From Lingula anatina (taxonomy: Eukaryota; Animalia; Brachiopoda), in assembly GCA_051362555.1 (NCBI GenBank), contig CM120643.1, positions 17,860,848 to 17,924,847 on the forward strand: a stretch of DNA of 64,000 bases, written 5' to 3'. Below are positions 12,101-21,402 of the stretch, in pieces; positions within the stretch are counted from its first letter, which is position 1; every line of letters begins with the position of its first letter. A model generated the notes under the pieces. The model made no database searches. It was given only the letters and a program-made list of their open reading frames with translations, and had not been told where the DNA came from. The position numbers and the translations under genes are program-made.

Positions 12101-12836
12101 TCCGTCTCCATCGATTCGTCAATACATTCTTAGACTTTATAAACACACACTGTTGAGAACATACTGAAAATTCAAACATAATCTTTATAAATATCTATTT
12201 CTTAGATATGTTCACCTCTACTGCCATTTCCCTCAGGTGGCCATATCAACACACTAGCCTAGTAAAATCAATACAAAAATAGGCCTACATGTAGTAGACC
12301 AACAGCCCGTCCACGGGGGCCGTAGCAATAGTCCGAAGGTTCAATAGTCCGACGGTTCATTGGTCCGAATGTTCACTATAGAACCTTCGGACCAATGAAC
12401 CCTTGATTAAAAAATCGATGAAAATGTTACCGCTTTTCGGACCAATGAACCTTCGGACCAATGAACCTTCGGACTATCGAGAGGTTCATCTATGCGTCGA
12501 ACTGTAATTTGACGCTGAATTTCTATCAAAATTATCAATTAAAAATTCTGATTTAACACATGAATTTTACCTAGAAATATCCCCATTATAGTACAGTATA
12601 ATGAGGTAAGAATCGAACAAGCCACATCAATGCACTAGCCGAATAACAACGGATCATTCACGGAACGGTTCATACACGCGCCTGCCGCGTGTCCAATCGG
12701 TCAGGACGGATGGTTCACGCAGAACGGACCGTACACGTGACAAACTTACCGTATAAGAAACGCTTTCTGTTGACACTGTGTGGAGCAGAACTGACAGACA
12801 TAAAAATGTCCAGACAGTGAATTCTAGCTGCGACAT
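715..12836 (-). CDS. Large secreted/cell-surface CUB-EGF-domain protein (multi-exon, 3' end beyond left edge of window)
   Basis: Exons in transcription order: 12836-12750 (signal peptide), 9803-9458 (CUB), 8382-8254 and 6552-6421 (EGF_CA), 6147-6016, 5803-5693, 4047-~3855, 3577-3451, 3185-2960, 2663-1873, 1626-1518, 882-715. GT-AG boundaries and phases join in frame except at the 3' end of the 4047 exon. Confidence 0.8.
1518..1626 (-). CDS. CUB-EGF gene exon
   Basis: [36 protein letters not shown]; phase 2-0, gtaagt donor. Confidence 0.8.
1873..2663 (-). CDS. CUB-EGF gene, large exon (Ig/FN3-like beta-sandwich region)
   Basis: 791-nt open exon [20 protein letters not shown]...[17 protein letters not shown]...[11 protein letters not shown]-like...DARPPVI; tttcag / gtatgt. 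Confidence 0.9.
2960..3185 (-). CDS. CUB-EGF gene exon
   Basis: [18 protein letters not shown]...[34 protein letters not shown]; phase 2-0. Confidence 0.85.
3451..3577 (-). CDS. CUB-EGF gene exon
   Basis: [41 protein letters not shown]; ttccag / gtaagt; phase 1-2. Confidence 0.8.
3855..4047 (-). CDS. CUB-EGF gene, exon with uncertain 3' end
   Basis: ctttag acceptor then [56 protein letters not shown]...; reaches TAA at 3853-3851 with only a weak phase-1 donor (gttaaa). Confidence 0.55.
4267..5482. mobile_element. Non-autonomous DNA transposon, Kolobok-type (TTAA TSD, GG..CC termini)
   Basis: TTAA-GGTAGATCGGTCGTTACGT ... ACGTAACGACCGATCTACC-TTAA, perfect 19-bp TIR; internal ~200-bp tandem duplication with poly-A tracts; no ORF. 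Confidence 0.8.
5693..5803 (-). CDS. CUB-EGF gene, EGF-like exon
   Basis: [36 protein letters not shown], phase 1-1. Confidence 0.85.
6016..6147 (-). CDS. CUB-EGF gene, Cys-rich exon
   Basis: [43 protein letters not shown]; ttgcag acceptor, gtacgt donor. Confidence 0.8.
6421..6552 (-). CDS. CUB-EGF gene, calcium-binding EGF exon 2
   Basis: [44 protein letters not shown], phase 1-1 (frame absent from ORF track). Confidence 0.9.
6830..7150. mobile_element. MITE remnant with internal inverted repeats (possibly Academ-like)
   Basis: aaatttggcatgtggttaccttttgacat (6878-6906) is inverted at 7119-7147; left end agtccagtggcttaaggaaaaaatcgtg; right terminus not found. Confidence 0.45.
8254..8382 (-). 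CDS. CUB-EGF gene, calcium-binding EGF exon 1
   Basis: [40 protein letters not shown], phase 1-1. Confidence 0.92.
   Translation of the reverse strand, partial: RLSILTSAVKILEDAQISVLTPQVATDVTVFVVMSCRGPGHA
8458..9323 (-). mobile_element. PIF/Harbinger internal-deletion derivative retaining transposase N-terminus
   Basis: ~30-bp TIRs GACCCGGTTTTATAAAGGACGTTTAGCACT / AGTGCTAAATGTCCTTTATAAAACCGGGCC, 3-bp TSD CAG; minus-strand fragment [32 protein letters not shown] resembles the HARBI1-type transposase N-terminus. Confidence 0.8.
9458..9803 (-). CDS. CUB-EGF gene, CUB domain exon
   Basis: YCNDG...[23 protein letters not shown]...DVLRIYD...[27 protein letters not shown]; ttccag acceptor, gtacgt donor. 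Confidence 0.9.
10090..12032 (+). mobile_element. 5'-truncated, decayed LINE (CR1/L2-group-like) reverse transcriptase
   Basis: Fragments [87 protein letters not shown], separated by stops and frameshifts; T-rich 3' UTR ending in aataaatcgttc. Confidence 0.9.
12329..12478. mobile_element. Small palindromic MITE built from 15-bp units
   Basis: Left (atagtccgaaggttca)-type units face right (ttcggaccaatgaacc)-type units in inverted orientation. Confidence 0.6.
12750..12836 (-). CDS. CUB-EGF gene, first coding exon (signal peptide)
   Basis: [29 protein letters not shown] then gtaagt donor; phase 0 matches the CUB exon acceptor. Confidence 0.7.
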
Positions 12837-13394
12837 TTTACACCACACTGCTACGCTAATAGGCCTACAGTAGGACACGTATACTGTTATAGTGAATAAT
12901 AACGACGGCCTGGAGCTTTCGAAGGTTTATTCACCGACTCTATTTTCATACAACTTCACAAATATTTAAACTCTTTTTTTTTTCGTACTGATCATGCGTT
13001 TACTTGTTTTCTTTCCATTGTCTTTGGGTGATTACAAGGACTTTTCCATTCTCATGTTGCAAGCCACCATGCAACATTTCCTTATTAGGTAATCTCTAAG
13101 AGACTTGTTTTCAATTGAAAATATTATTTGAATTACTCATTCTTGAATAATATCCAAAACTCAACGGTCATGTGAGAAACAGTTGATCAAAGTTAAAATA
13201 TACTATGAAATTAACCAATCACATAAACTGTTATTGACTTTGACCTTTTCCGTCTTTTTCTGACACTAAAAACATGTTCTACACTTGTTGACTCTTGATG
13301 AAACTTAACTTACACTCAACAACTACTTATCCTTATACTCGTTTGATTCCGTTTTTTTTTTTAATTAAAATTGTTATCTGTAAGGTTACATCCC

Positions 13395-13655
13395 TATACG
13401 TCCCCGCACCAATACTCCCCCGCAACTATACTCCCCCGCAGCCCCGCAGTATCGATGCGGGGAAGCAATAATTTGGGTGTAGGGGAGTAACGGTGCGCCT
13501 ACATCGGCAATTTTACAGGGGATGTATCGATGCGGGGATCTATAGGTGTGGGGCCGTATCGATGCGCATAATACAAAAATTTACTAAGGGGTATTATTGG
13601 TGCGGGGCAGTATCGGTGTGGGGGAGTAAAGGTGAGGGGGAGTATCGACATGACC
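13395..13655. repeat. Inverted minisatellite element (ccccgcaccgatactc-type 16-mer), copy A
   Basis: C-rich units followed by their G-rich reverse complements; shares gagtaacggtgcgcctacat.ggcaatttta with 15280-15825. Confidence 0.65.
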
Positions 13656-14223
13656 CCACAAAAATAGCCGGAGAATGGCAACTCATCGAAAATGAGTAGC
13701 CTACGTTAAACGTAAATCTCTATTGCAAAATATCTACTGTGGCTTGAACTTTTATATTTTAGAAAGTGAATAAGCATTTGTTCTTCTGTCGAAAAGGAAG
13801 TTAATTTTACCAATTAACCGTCAAGAATTCTTACCACTGCACTCTGAATACAGAGGACAGATTTTTTTTTTTACAAAACCAAAAACGCATATGCCTAGGG
13901 AGGGATTATAATGCGGTAATTTGTTTACAAATATAAAATTAAATTGCGAAAAATCATTGCCAATTTGTAGACCTATCAAGGTTTTCAATTTTTTAGGGAA
14001 AATCCCGCACACTCTTGGGTTTCTCAGTCTCAACGGAAAATCTGGGAAGTTGTCAAAATCAGCGCAAATTTACTCCCACGCAGCACCATATCTAATAAAA
14101 TACCCATTTTTGCCGTCTTTCAAGCCAATAAACACCTTTATTCACTCTAAAAAGTTTCGAACTAAATTCAAATTTTACATAAGGTTCTATGATCCACAAC
14201 ATTCACTTCCTCTTTAGCAGCAA

Positions 14224-15127
14224 ACTATACGTACTGACCTTGAACTGGTTTGATTCGTAAATAACATGTGACACAAATCATGCGACATGCGGATTGGGTC
14301 TTCTTTTGACGAAAAAACGTGTAAAGTATGACTTTTGACTTCTGTTGAAAACCTATACCTACCTCATGATAATCCTCAAATATAGTTTACCGGGTACATA
14401 TTTGGGTCAGAAATTTCCGCAAGTTTTGGTGCAATTCGAAACTGGCCGCACAATTCAGTCCACCTGTCCACCCTCGTGATATAGTCCCCCACCTGATATG
14501 CATAAAAGCGTTTAGAAAAGCTCTTTCCTTCAATATGTGATGTGGCCAAACAATTTTAACAATTTTAACGGTGCATTAAGATAAACAGTAAAAGAATATC
14601 CACAATAAATTCGGCAACCGAGAGGTGCGGCAACATATAGATAATTGCGGTAGTATTTATGCCGAAACATCAAAATGAATAGCCCCGCCGTTCGAGCCTT
14701 TTAATCAGATTCAGATCAGATTAACCAATCAAAGCAACGGAAAGGGGGTCACGTCACCTTCCCACCAGGCCATGCCATGTAAACAAAGCAGCATGGTCGG
14801 CTGTAATGAAGAGTCTGAGGAGGGAGACAATGAAACGATAGACCAGTGTAGGTAAGGGACTAATATGAAACTGCAGGATTTTCAATGAAAATAGGTCAGG
14901 CGAACTCTCGCAAAACGAGAGGCATAATTCGTGCCTTGGTATTAATTTAAGTTATATTTTTCCTATTCCAAACAATTATTGCCTAAATAAACTGAAAACC
15001 TTATTTGTGATCAAACTGAATTTAAGAAATGTATAATTAAATTATTTGAAGACCCAATCTGCATGTCGCATGATTTCTGTCACATGCTATTTACGAATCA
15101 AACCAGTTCAAGGTCAGCACGTATAGT
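14224..15127. mobile_element. ~900-bp element with 80-bp terminal inverted repeats
   Basis: 14224-14303 (actatacgtactgaccttgaactgg...gattgggtcttc) is the near-perfect reverse complement of 15048-15127; superfamily not assigned. Confidence 0.75.
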
Positions 15128-15279
15128 AAGGAGTTTTTTTCCCCAACTTCAGCCTACATACATAAATATTTATGTTGCGAGTTATGGTATACAATGTATC
15201 ATGCATATAGTTTTGTTTTAACAAACAGGGGATGTTTTAAAACAGGGGATGTTGTTCATTCTGCACTGAGTAACATCGG

Positions 15280-15825
15280 CCTACGTCCCCGCACCGTTAC
15301 TCTCCCGCACCGGTTCATCCCCGCACCAATACTCCTCCGCACCTATATAAATACTACCACCGATACTCCCCCGCACCGATACTCCCGAGCACCGTTACTC
15401 CCCCACAGCATAGATTCCCTATAGGAATTTGACACCAAAATCAAATTTTCTAGATTTAAAAATTTGCTGTAATACGATTCTTTTACAAAAGTGCGCCACC
15501 TTCTTTGGACCCAAAAAGGACACATTTTATTCGAAATATTGTAGAAAAATGAATAAACTAAAATTGGTCTGCTTTGTAACTTAGATCATAGTCCATCTTT
15601 GTGAGATTTTACAATAAACGCTGTCCTTGGACATGGACCATTGGTTGATGTCCGCGCCTTGGGCGTATTTAGAAACCGGCAATAAGAAAACATTGCATAG
15701 GGGGAGTATCGATGCGGGGGAGTAAAGATGAGGGGCAGTATCGATGCAGGGAAGCAATGATGTGGGGGAGTATCGGTGTGGGTGAGTAACGGTGCGCCTA
15801 CATTGGCAATTTTAAAGCCCCCGCA
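15280..15825. repeat. Inverted minisatellite element, copy B, with ~290-bp unrelated core
   Basis: Same 16-mer units and same unique segment as copy A; the core 15413-15700 is bounded by gcatag direct repeats. Confidence 0.6.
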
Positions 15826-15853
15826 CAGGGGTGCTGGAGGAGACGAGAATTGA

Positions 15854-16795
15854 TCAGAATTGTGCCGGAAGTGACGTGTAGTGGTGTAAGACGCGAACCT
15901 GAATGGTCATTTTTAGTTGGAGGTGAACGGGAGTAAAGACGTGGACTCGGAGAAAAAAAGCAGTTTTTCTAACAACATGGTAAGATAACAATTTATCTTT
16001 ATGCATTTGGGACAGAGAATACTTGTAGAAATAATTGGAGCATGATATGAAAACGTGTCACGGATTTTATAGGTGAAAATTCGTGCTTAATTTGCAGTCG
16101 ATTTGTTTTGAAATATATGCTGCATCAACCACCAGCGCGACAAAAGCGTCAAGGGAAAATAATTCCTAGGAGGCTATTAATCGTTGTCATGTGGAGTTGA
16201 TGCATGTATGCAATCTGCTATGCCCATATCTAAGTATTTTTGGGTGTTTTATGGTATGTGCTGCAATTATAACGATGTTTTAGAGTCTTTGAAAGACCTT
16301 GTGAAAACCAGGAAGTAGTTCGCAACTGACAACTGAACCGTACCGTTCCACGACTGATGTGCAAAGATTATCTTTCTTTAATATTGTGACAATAAGGGGT
16401 ACCGAAGGAGATCAGCATTGGTCAGAATTGTGCCGGAAATGTGACGTCAAGTGGTGTAAGACGTAAAGCTGAGTGGTCATTTTTAGCTGGAGGTGAATGA
16501 GAGAGAAGACGTGGACTCGGAGGAAGAAGCAGTTTTTCAAACAACATGGTAAGATAACATTTATTCTTTACGCATTTTGGGCAGAGAATACTTGTAGAAA
16601 TAATAGACACATGATATGAAAACGTGACACGGACCTTGAAGGTGCAAAATCGTACTTAATTTGCAGACAACTTGTTTTGAAATACATGCTGCATCGACCG
16701 CCAGCGCGACAAAGAGAAAAGAGTTCCCGGGGGGCTATAAATCGTTGTCATGTGGAATTTTGACATTTATATAATCTGATATGTCCACCTTTAAT
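15854..16795 (+). promoter_or_regulatory. Tandem duplicate (~570-bp period) of a promoter-like segment with ATG-only first exon
   Basis: Copies start at 15854 and 16422; each has ccggaa + gtgacgt motifs, a short leader and aacATG|gtaaga (15977, 16546). Confidence 0.5.
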
Positions 16796-18176
16796 TTTAC
16801 ATTTCTTTAGTAAATGTAAATTTAGTAAATCAATCTACATGTCTTTTCTTTAAACATTACACTTCTTTAAAAAGTATCATCCTCAGATGTATTTTACAAA
16901 TCACAGGTAATGAAATACAAGTATATCTCATTTGCCACACCTGTAAGTATCATAATATGTGCCTTGAACTAAGACATCCCCTGCACATGCCATACAAACA
17001 AACTGGCAGCTTGTCCAATTGACTTGGTCAACTAACTTACCCAACTTACCCAGTCAGGGTGTAATAAACATGGGATCTGAGCTTTTTATGCATATGACTA
17101 GATTAGGTCCGGGCCTTTGACATATACAGAGGTACATGTACATATTTTGTCCTACCCGATAAAGTCTTGACCACTTCACAGACACCTCTCACATTTACAA
17201 ACACTGTATTGATCTGTATTAGGTAAAGGATTCTTTTCCACGGTGTACATACCTGGACTTCTCTTGAAGACTAAACAAAATTCCCACACAAAATTGTAAG
17301 GGACAAATTTCTGTTTCTTATTTCTATATCTAATCTACTTAGAATGTTGAAGTACTGGGAACAAGCTATGTATATCACCTGCTGAAGTTTTGATTTCCAT
17401 TAATAAGGTTGATTTTATATATATATATAATCAATATACTCAGTATCTGACCCTAATTTTAATTAATTAAAATATAATTTATTAAAATATACTAGATGCA
17501 CTGCGGAAACAAACGTGGATTTGATGCAGCATATTAAATCTGAAAAAGGATTGATATTCTGCAATATAACAGATTTATTATTTTTAAATTGTTTTGTCGT
17601 CTATTGAATCAAATACAGTCTGTATCTATTGAATCAATTACCCGGGTATATGTATAAAGAAATACAAAGCGAGCATACGTTTATATATCTGTGACTTTTG
17701 TTTTTGTTATTCTTGAGAATCCATTTCCCCGCCCATAAAAATAGCAAAAAGGTTTTATATAACTTCACGAAATTTACGTCTCCTTTTGTCAAGTCTCGAA
17801 AGTTTTTGTTTACCATTATTTTGGATATGTTTCGACATTCACTTTCCGTCGTTGATTTTTTTCAGAAAATAAATACAGTAAACAAAGATGTGTTGTGATT
17901 GAAAGAAATCAAAGGGAAAAGCCAAAAATTTGAGAATTCAAAGTTAAAAAAAAAACAAGAGGAGTTCAAAATCGTCTTTATTGTAGAAACATTTGTTCTG
18001 CAGCTCATCTTCCACGTTCTTTAAATACCGCTACTAGTACCATTATATATTGCCTGCTATACTTGCACCTCTTTGACTAGTACTGACTTTTATTACAGAT
18101 ATAGAATGAAATCCATTTGAAAGTACTTAGTACTTATCTTAGTAATTTACTTGGTACTTTATCTGTTCCAAACGCG

Positions 18177-18422
18177 TTACTCTTCTTGTTTCACTGGACA
18201 CAAGTAACGCACTTCGTAATCATAGCAGGTAGGAGCCTGCCGGCCAACTTCCGCATTTGGCACCCAGTTCCCGTTGTCACCATGGTAACAACCAATCCCG
18301 ATTGGGCTTACACAAGGAAGCTTGAGATTCTGGCCGGCTTGTTCCCAGGGCACGTGCTCGCCGTTTGGCAATATGGCACGGCATTCGATTTCAGCGGCAG
18401 TGTGACCCTTACCGCATGGAGG
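18177..18422 (-). CDS. WxxW domain, second half and stop
   Basis: [16 protein letters not shown]...WEQAGQ...C....GIGCYHGDN...[17 protein letters not shown]; the C.DYEVRYLC motif is typical of this domain. Confidence 0.88.
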   Translation of the reverse strand, partial: PPCGKGHTAAEIECRAILPNGEHVPWEQAGQNLKLPCVSPIGIGCYHGDNGNWVPNAEVGRQAPTCYDYEVRYLCPVKQEE

Positions 18423-20699
18423 CTGGAAAACACAGTTTCTTACGTAAAACTCATCGCCGACTTTCACTGTTCAGTAGTAAATCATACTGTTTTTTTGAGC
18501 CCGATAATTTTATAGAAAATTATGAAACAATACGAGTCGAAAACGTATTTTCAAGAGCTTTGTTTCATGCCTCTGCATCCAACCACATTTCATTTATTTG
18601 TGTTCATACTTTAAGATACAAGTATATATCTATATAAAACGTCACAAAGAATTGGCAACTGCCATCGATAAAATAAAAATTTTTCCTTCAGCTTTCGAAG
18701 CTGCAATTAATTAGGTTATTTACGTTTGGGCATTGTGGCACTACATGTACATGGCCATTATTTTAGACATTTTGGTTCAAGTACTTAGGCAACATTGGCT
18801 CACCGGTTTAACGTCCACCTCCCAATCACCGTCTCCATCCTCGGGTGTGTCGTTATTGATCCAATCAGTCCATTCATAACCTATTGGAAATATGAAGGAT
18901 ATTGCTGTATTTCAGCTTTAACGTTATCTTATAATTTTGTCACCTTTTCTAAAAAAATTCAATTTAAACGCAGTATTTAACATTGTGTTTAATTCTTAAT
19001 TGTGTTCAATTGTCCTTTATACCTAATGCTTTTTTGGTTAAAAAAGTAAACTTAAGCCCATTACTAACAAGGGCGGGTGCCGCAGACTTTAGTCTGCTTA
19101 TTATCTCCTTGGCAACCAGGGCCATTGTGACATGTCCTTGACCTTGACGTCTGCCCGCCACCACAGGTCTTAGAGCAAGCGCTCCAAGCACTCCATGGTC
19201 TCCACTGTGGGCCTGAAAAAAGTGAGGAAAATGAATCAGAACAAGATAAAAATAAGTAATTTTGCAATGACCATCTCTTATTGTGTTTTAAGAGTCATAC
19301 ACAGTTAGCCGATGTGGAGAATCAGCATTTTTTCAGTAATTTGCAGTTGATATAATTAGTAATGGCAATTAAGTTTTTAAATAGCATCCAGCTTGCAGTG
19401 AAGTACAGTAGTAGGTAGGTAATCTGTACAACTAGTTTTTAAATCTCGTTTTAGAGATATTTCAATTAGTATCTCTCCCCTGCAGGTTGTCATTCTTCGG
19501 GTTTTGATTCAAGGCTGTGATATAAACATACCAGAAGAGGCTTTTGAGCGTCAAAAACACCTCAGAATCAAAATTTGATCTAGGTTCTATATCATTTCTC
19601 AGGATTGGTCGACTGTGGGTGGGGGAGTGTCCTTTCAGAAAAAAGGGCCCTGACTTCTCCTTTAAAAATGTACAGATCAGGTGCGAACAGCTACATGTAT
19701 AAATTATTAAAGCAATGATATATATGAATGATATATATGAATGGAAGTATGAAAACTGGTTTAATTAAACATAAATATTTACAGGGCTGAGCGTTGCAAC
19801 TTCGTGACTCCGTGTCACTTCCCGGACAAGGTCCGTTAGAACAAGTTCTTGTCCTGGTCTCCACTCCGCCATCACAGGACTTTGTACAGCTGCTCCAGTC
19901 GCTCCACGGGCTCCACTCAGGACCTATTTATATAGAGCGAAGAATTTATTTATTTTTAACGTTGAAACAATTAAGTGCTCGTGCAGAAATACATGTAATT
20001 CCCTCATTCTCTCTCTCTCTCGCTCTCTCTCTCTCTCTGTACGCGTTTATGTGTGTTAGTGTATGTGTGCGACTTGGCGTGTGCCTCGTAATCATTGGGA
20101 GAGGTGTACAGAGTAACTCTCAAGGTTAGATAATACAAAAATTGATTCATCAGTATATGAATGGAAGTATGAAAACTGGTTCAATTAAATATAAATACTT
20201 ACAGGGCTGAGCGTTGCAACTTCGTGTCTCCGTGTCACTTCCCGGACAAGGTCCGTTAGAACAAGTTCTTGTCCTGGTCTCCACTCCGCCATTACAGGAC
20301 TTCGTACAGCTGCTCCAGTCGCTCCACGGACTCCACTCAGGACCTAGAATTAAAAAAGCGATCATCGTTATGATTTTACCTTTATCCCGTGGAAAATTGA
20401 TGCGCTTTTTATGAACTCTCTCTCTCTCTCCTCTGTGTGTTTGCGCGAGTCATTCGTATTTATTGGTAATTTAAAGACCTAGCTAACTTACAAGGCTGAG
20501 CGTTACAACTTCGTGTCTCCGTGTCACTTCCCGGACAAGGTCCGTTAGAACAAGTTCTTGTCCTGGTCTCCACTCCGCCATCACAGGATTTTGTACAGCT
20601 GCTCCAGTCACTCCACGGGCTCCACTCAGGACCTTTTCATACAGAGAGCAGAAATTATTCATTTTTTTTCTTAAAGTTTCTGTTGAAATACGTGCTTGT

Positions 20700-20758
<59 letters not shown>

Positions 20759-21345
20759 TATGGTTTGCGCGTCTTTTGGCAAAGCTATGACTTACAAGGC
20801 TGAGCGTTACAACTTCGTGTCTCCATGTCACTTCCAGGACAAGGTCCATTAGAACAAGTCCTTGTCCTGGTCTCCACTCCGCCATTACAGGACTTGGTAC
20901 AGCTGCTCCAGTCGCTCCACTGGCTCCACTCAGGACCTATTCATGTATAGAGCAAATATATTCCTTTTTAACGATTCAGAGTTCATACGTCCATTAAAAA
21001 ACGGCCTTACAACTCTAGATATTAAAAAAACACGTGGAATATTTTATAAGGCTTCAACTCGCGTAAAACCAACACTTAGATATTTCTTCTCCATCAATGT
21101 AGCAGATAAAGGTAATTTAAAGACCTAGCTAACTTACAAGGCTGAGCGTTACAACTTCGTGTCTCCGTGTCACTTCCCGGACAAGGTCCGTTAGAACAAG
21201 TTCTTGTCCTGGTCTCCACTCCGCCATCACAGGATTTTGTACAGCTGCTCCAGTCACTCCACGGGCTCCACTCAGGACCTTTTCATACAGAGAGCAGAAA
21301 TTATTCATTTTTTTTCTTAAAGTTTCTGTTGAAATACGTGCTTGT

Positions 21346-21402
<57 letters not shown>

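Noticed and set aside
18423-18490. In-frame TGA upstream of ORF 18177-18467 as selenocysteine or readthrough
   Set aside because: A phase-0 acceptor (ttttccag) at 18422 joins the previous exon cleanly, so the TGA is intronic.
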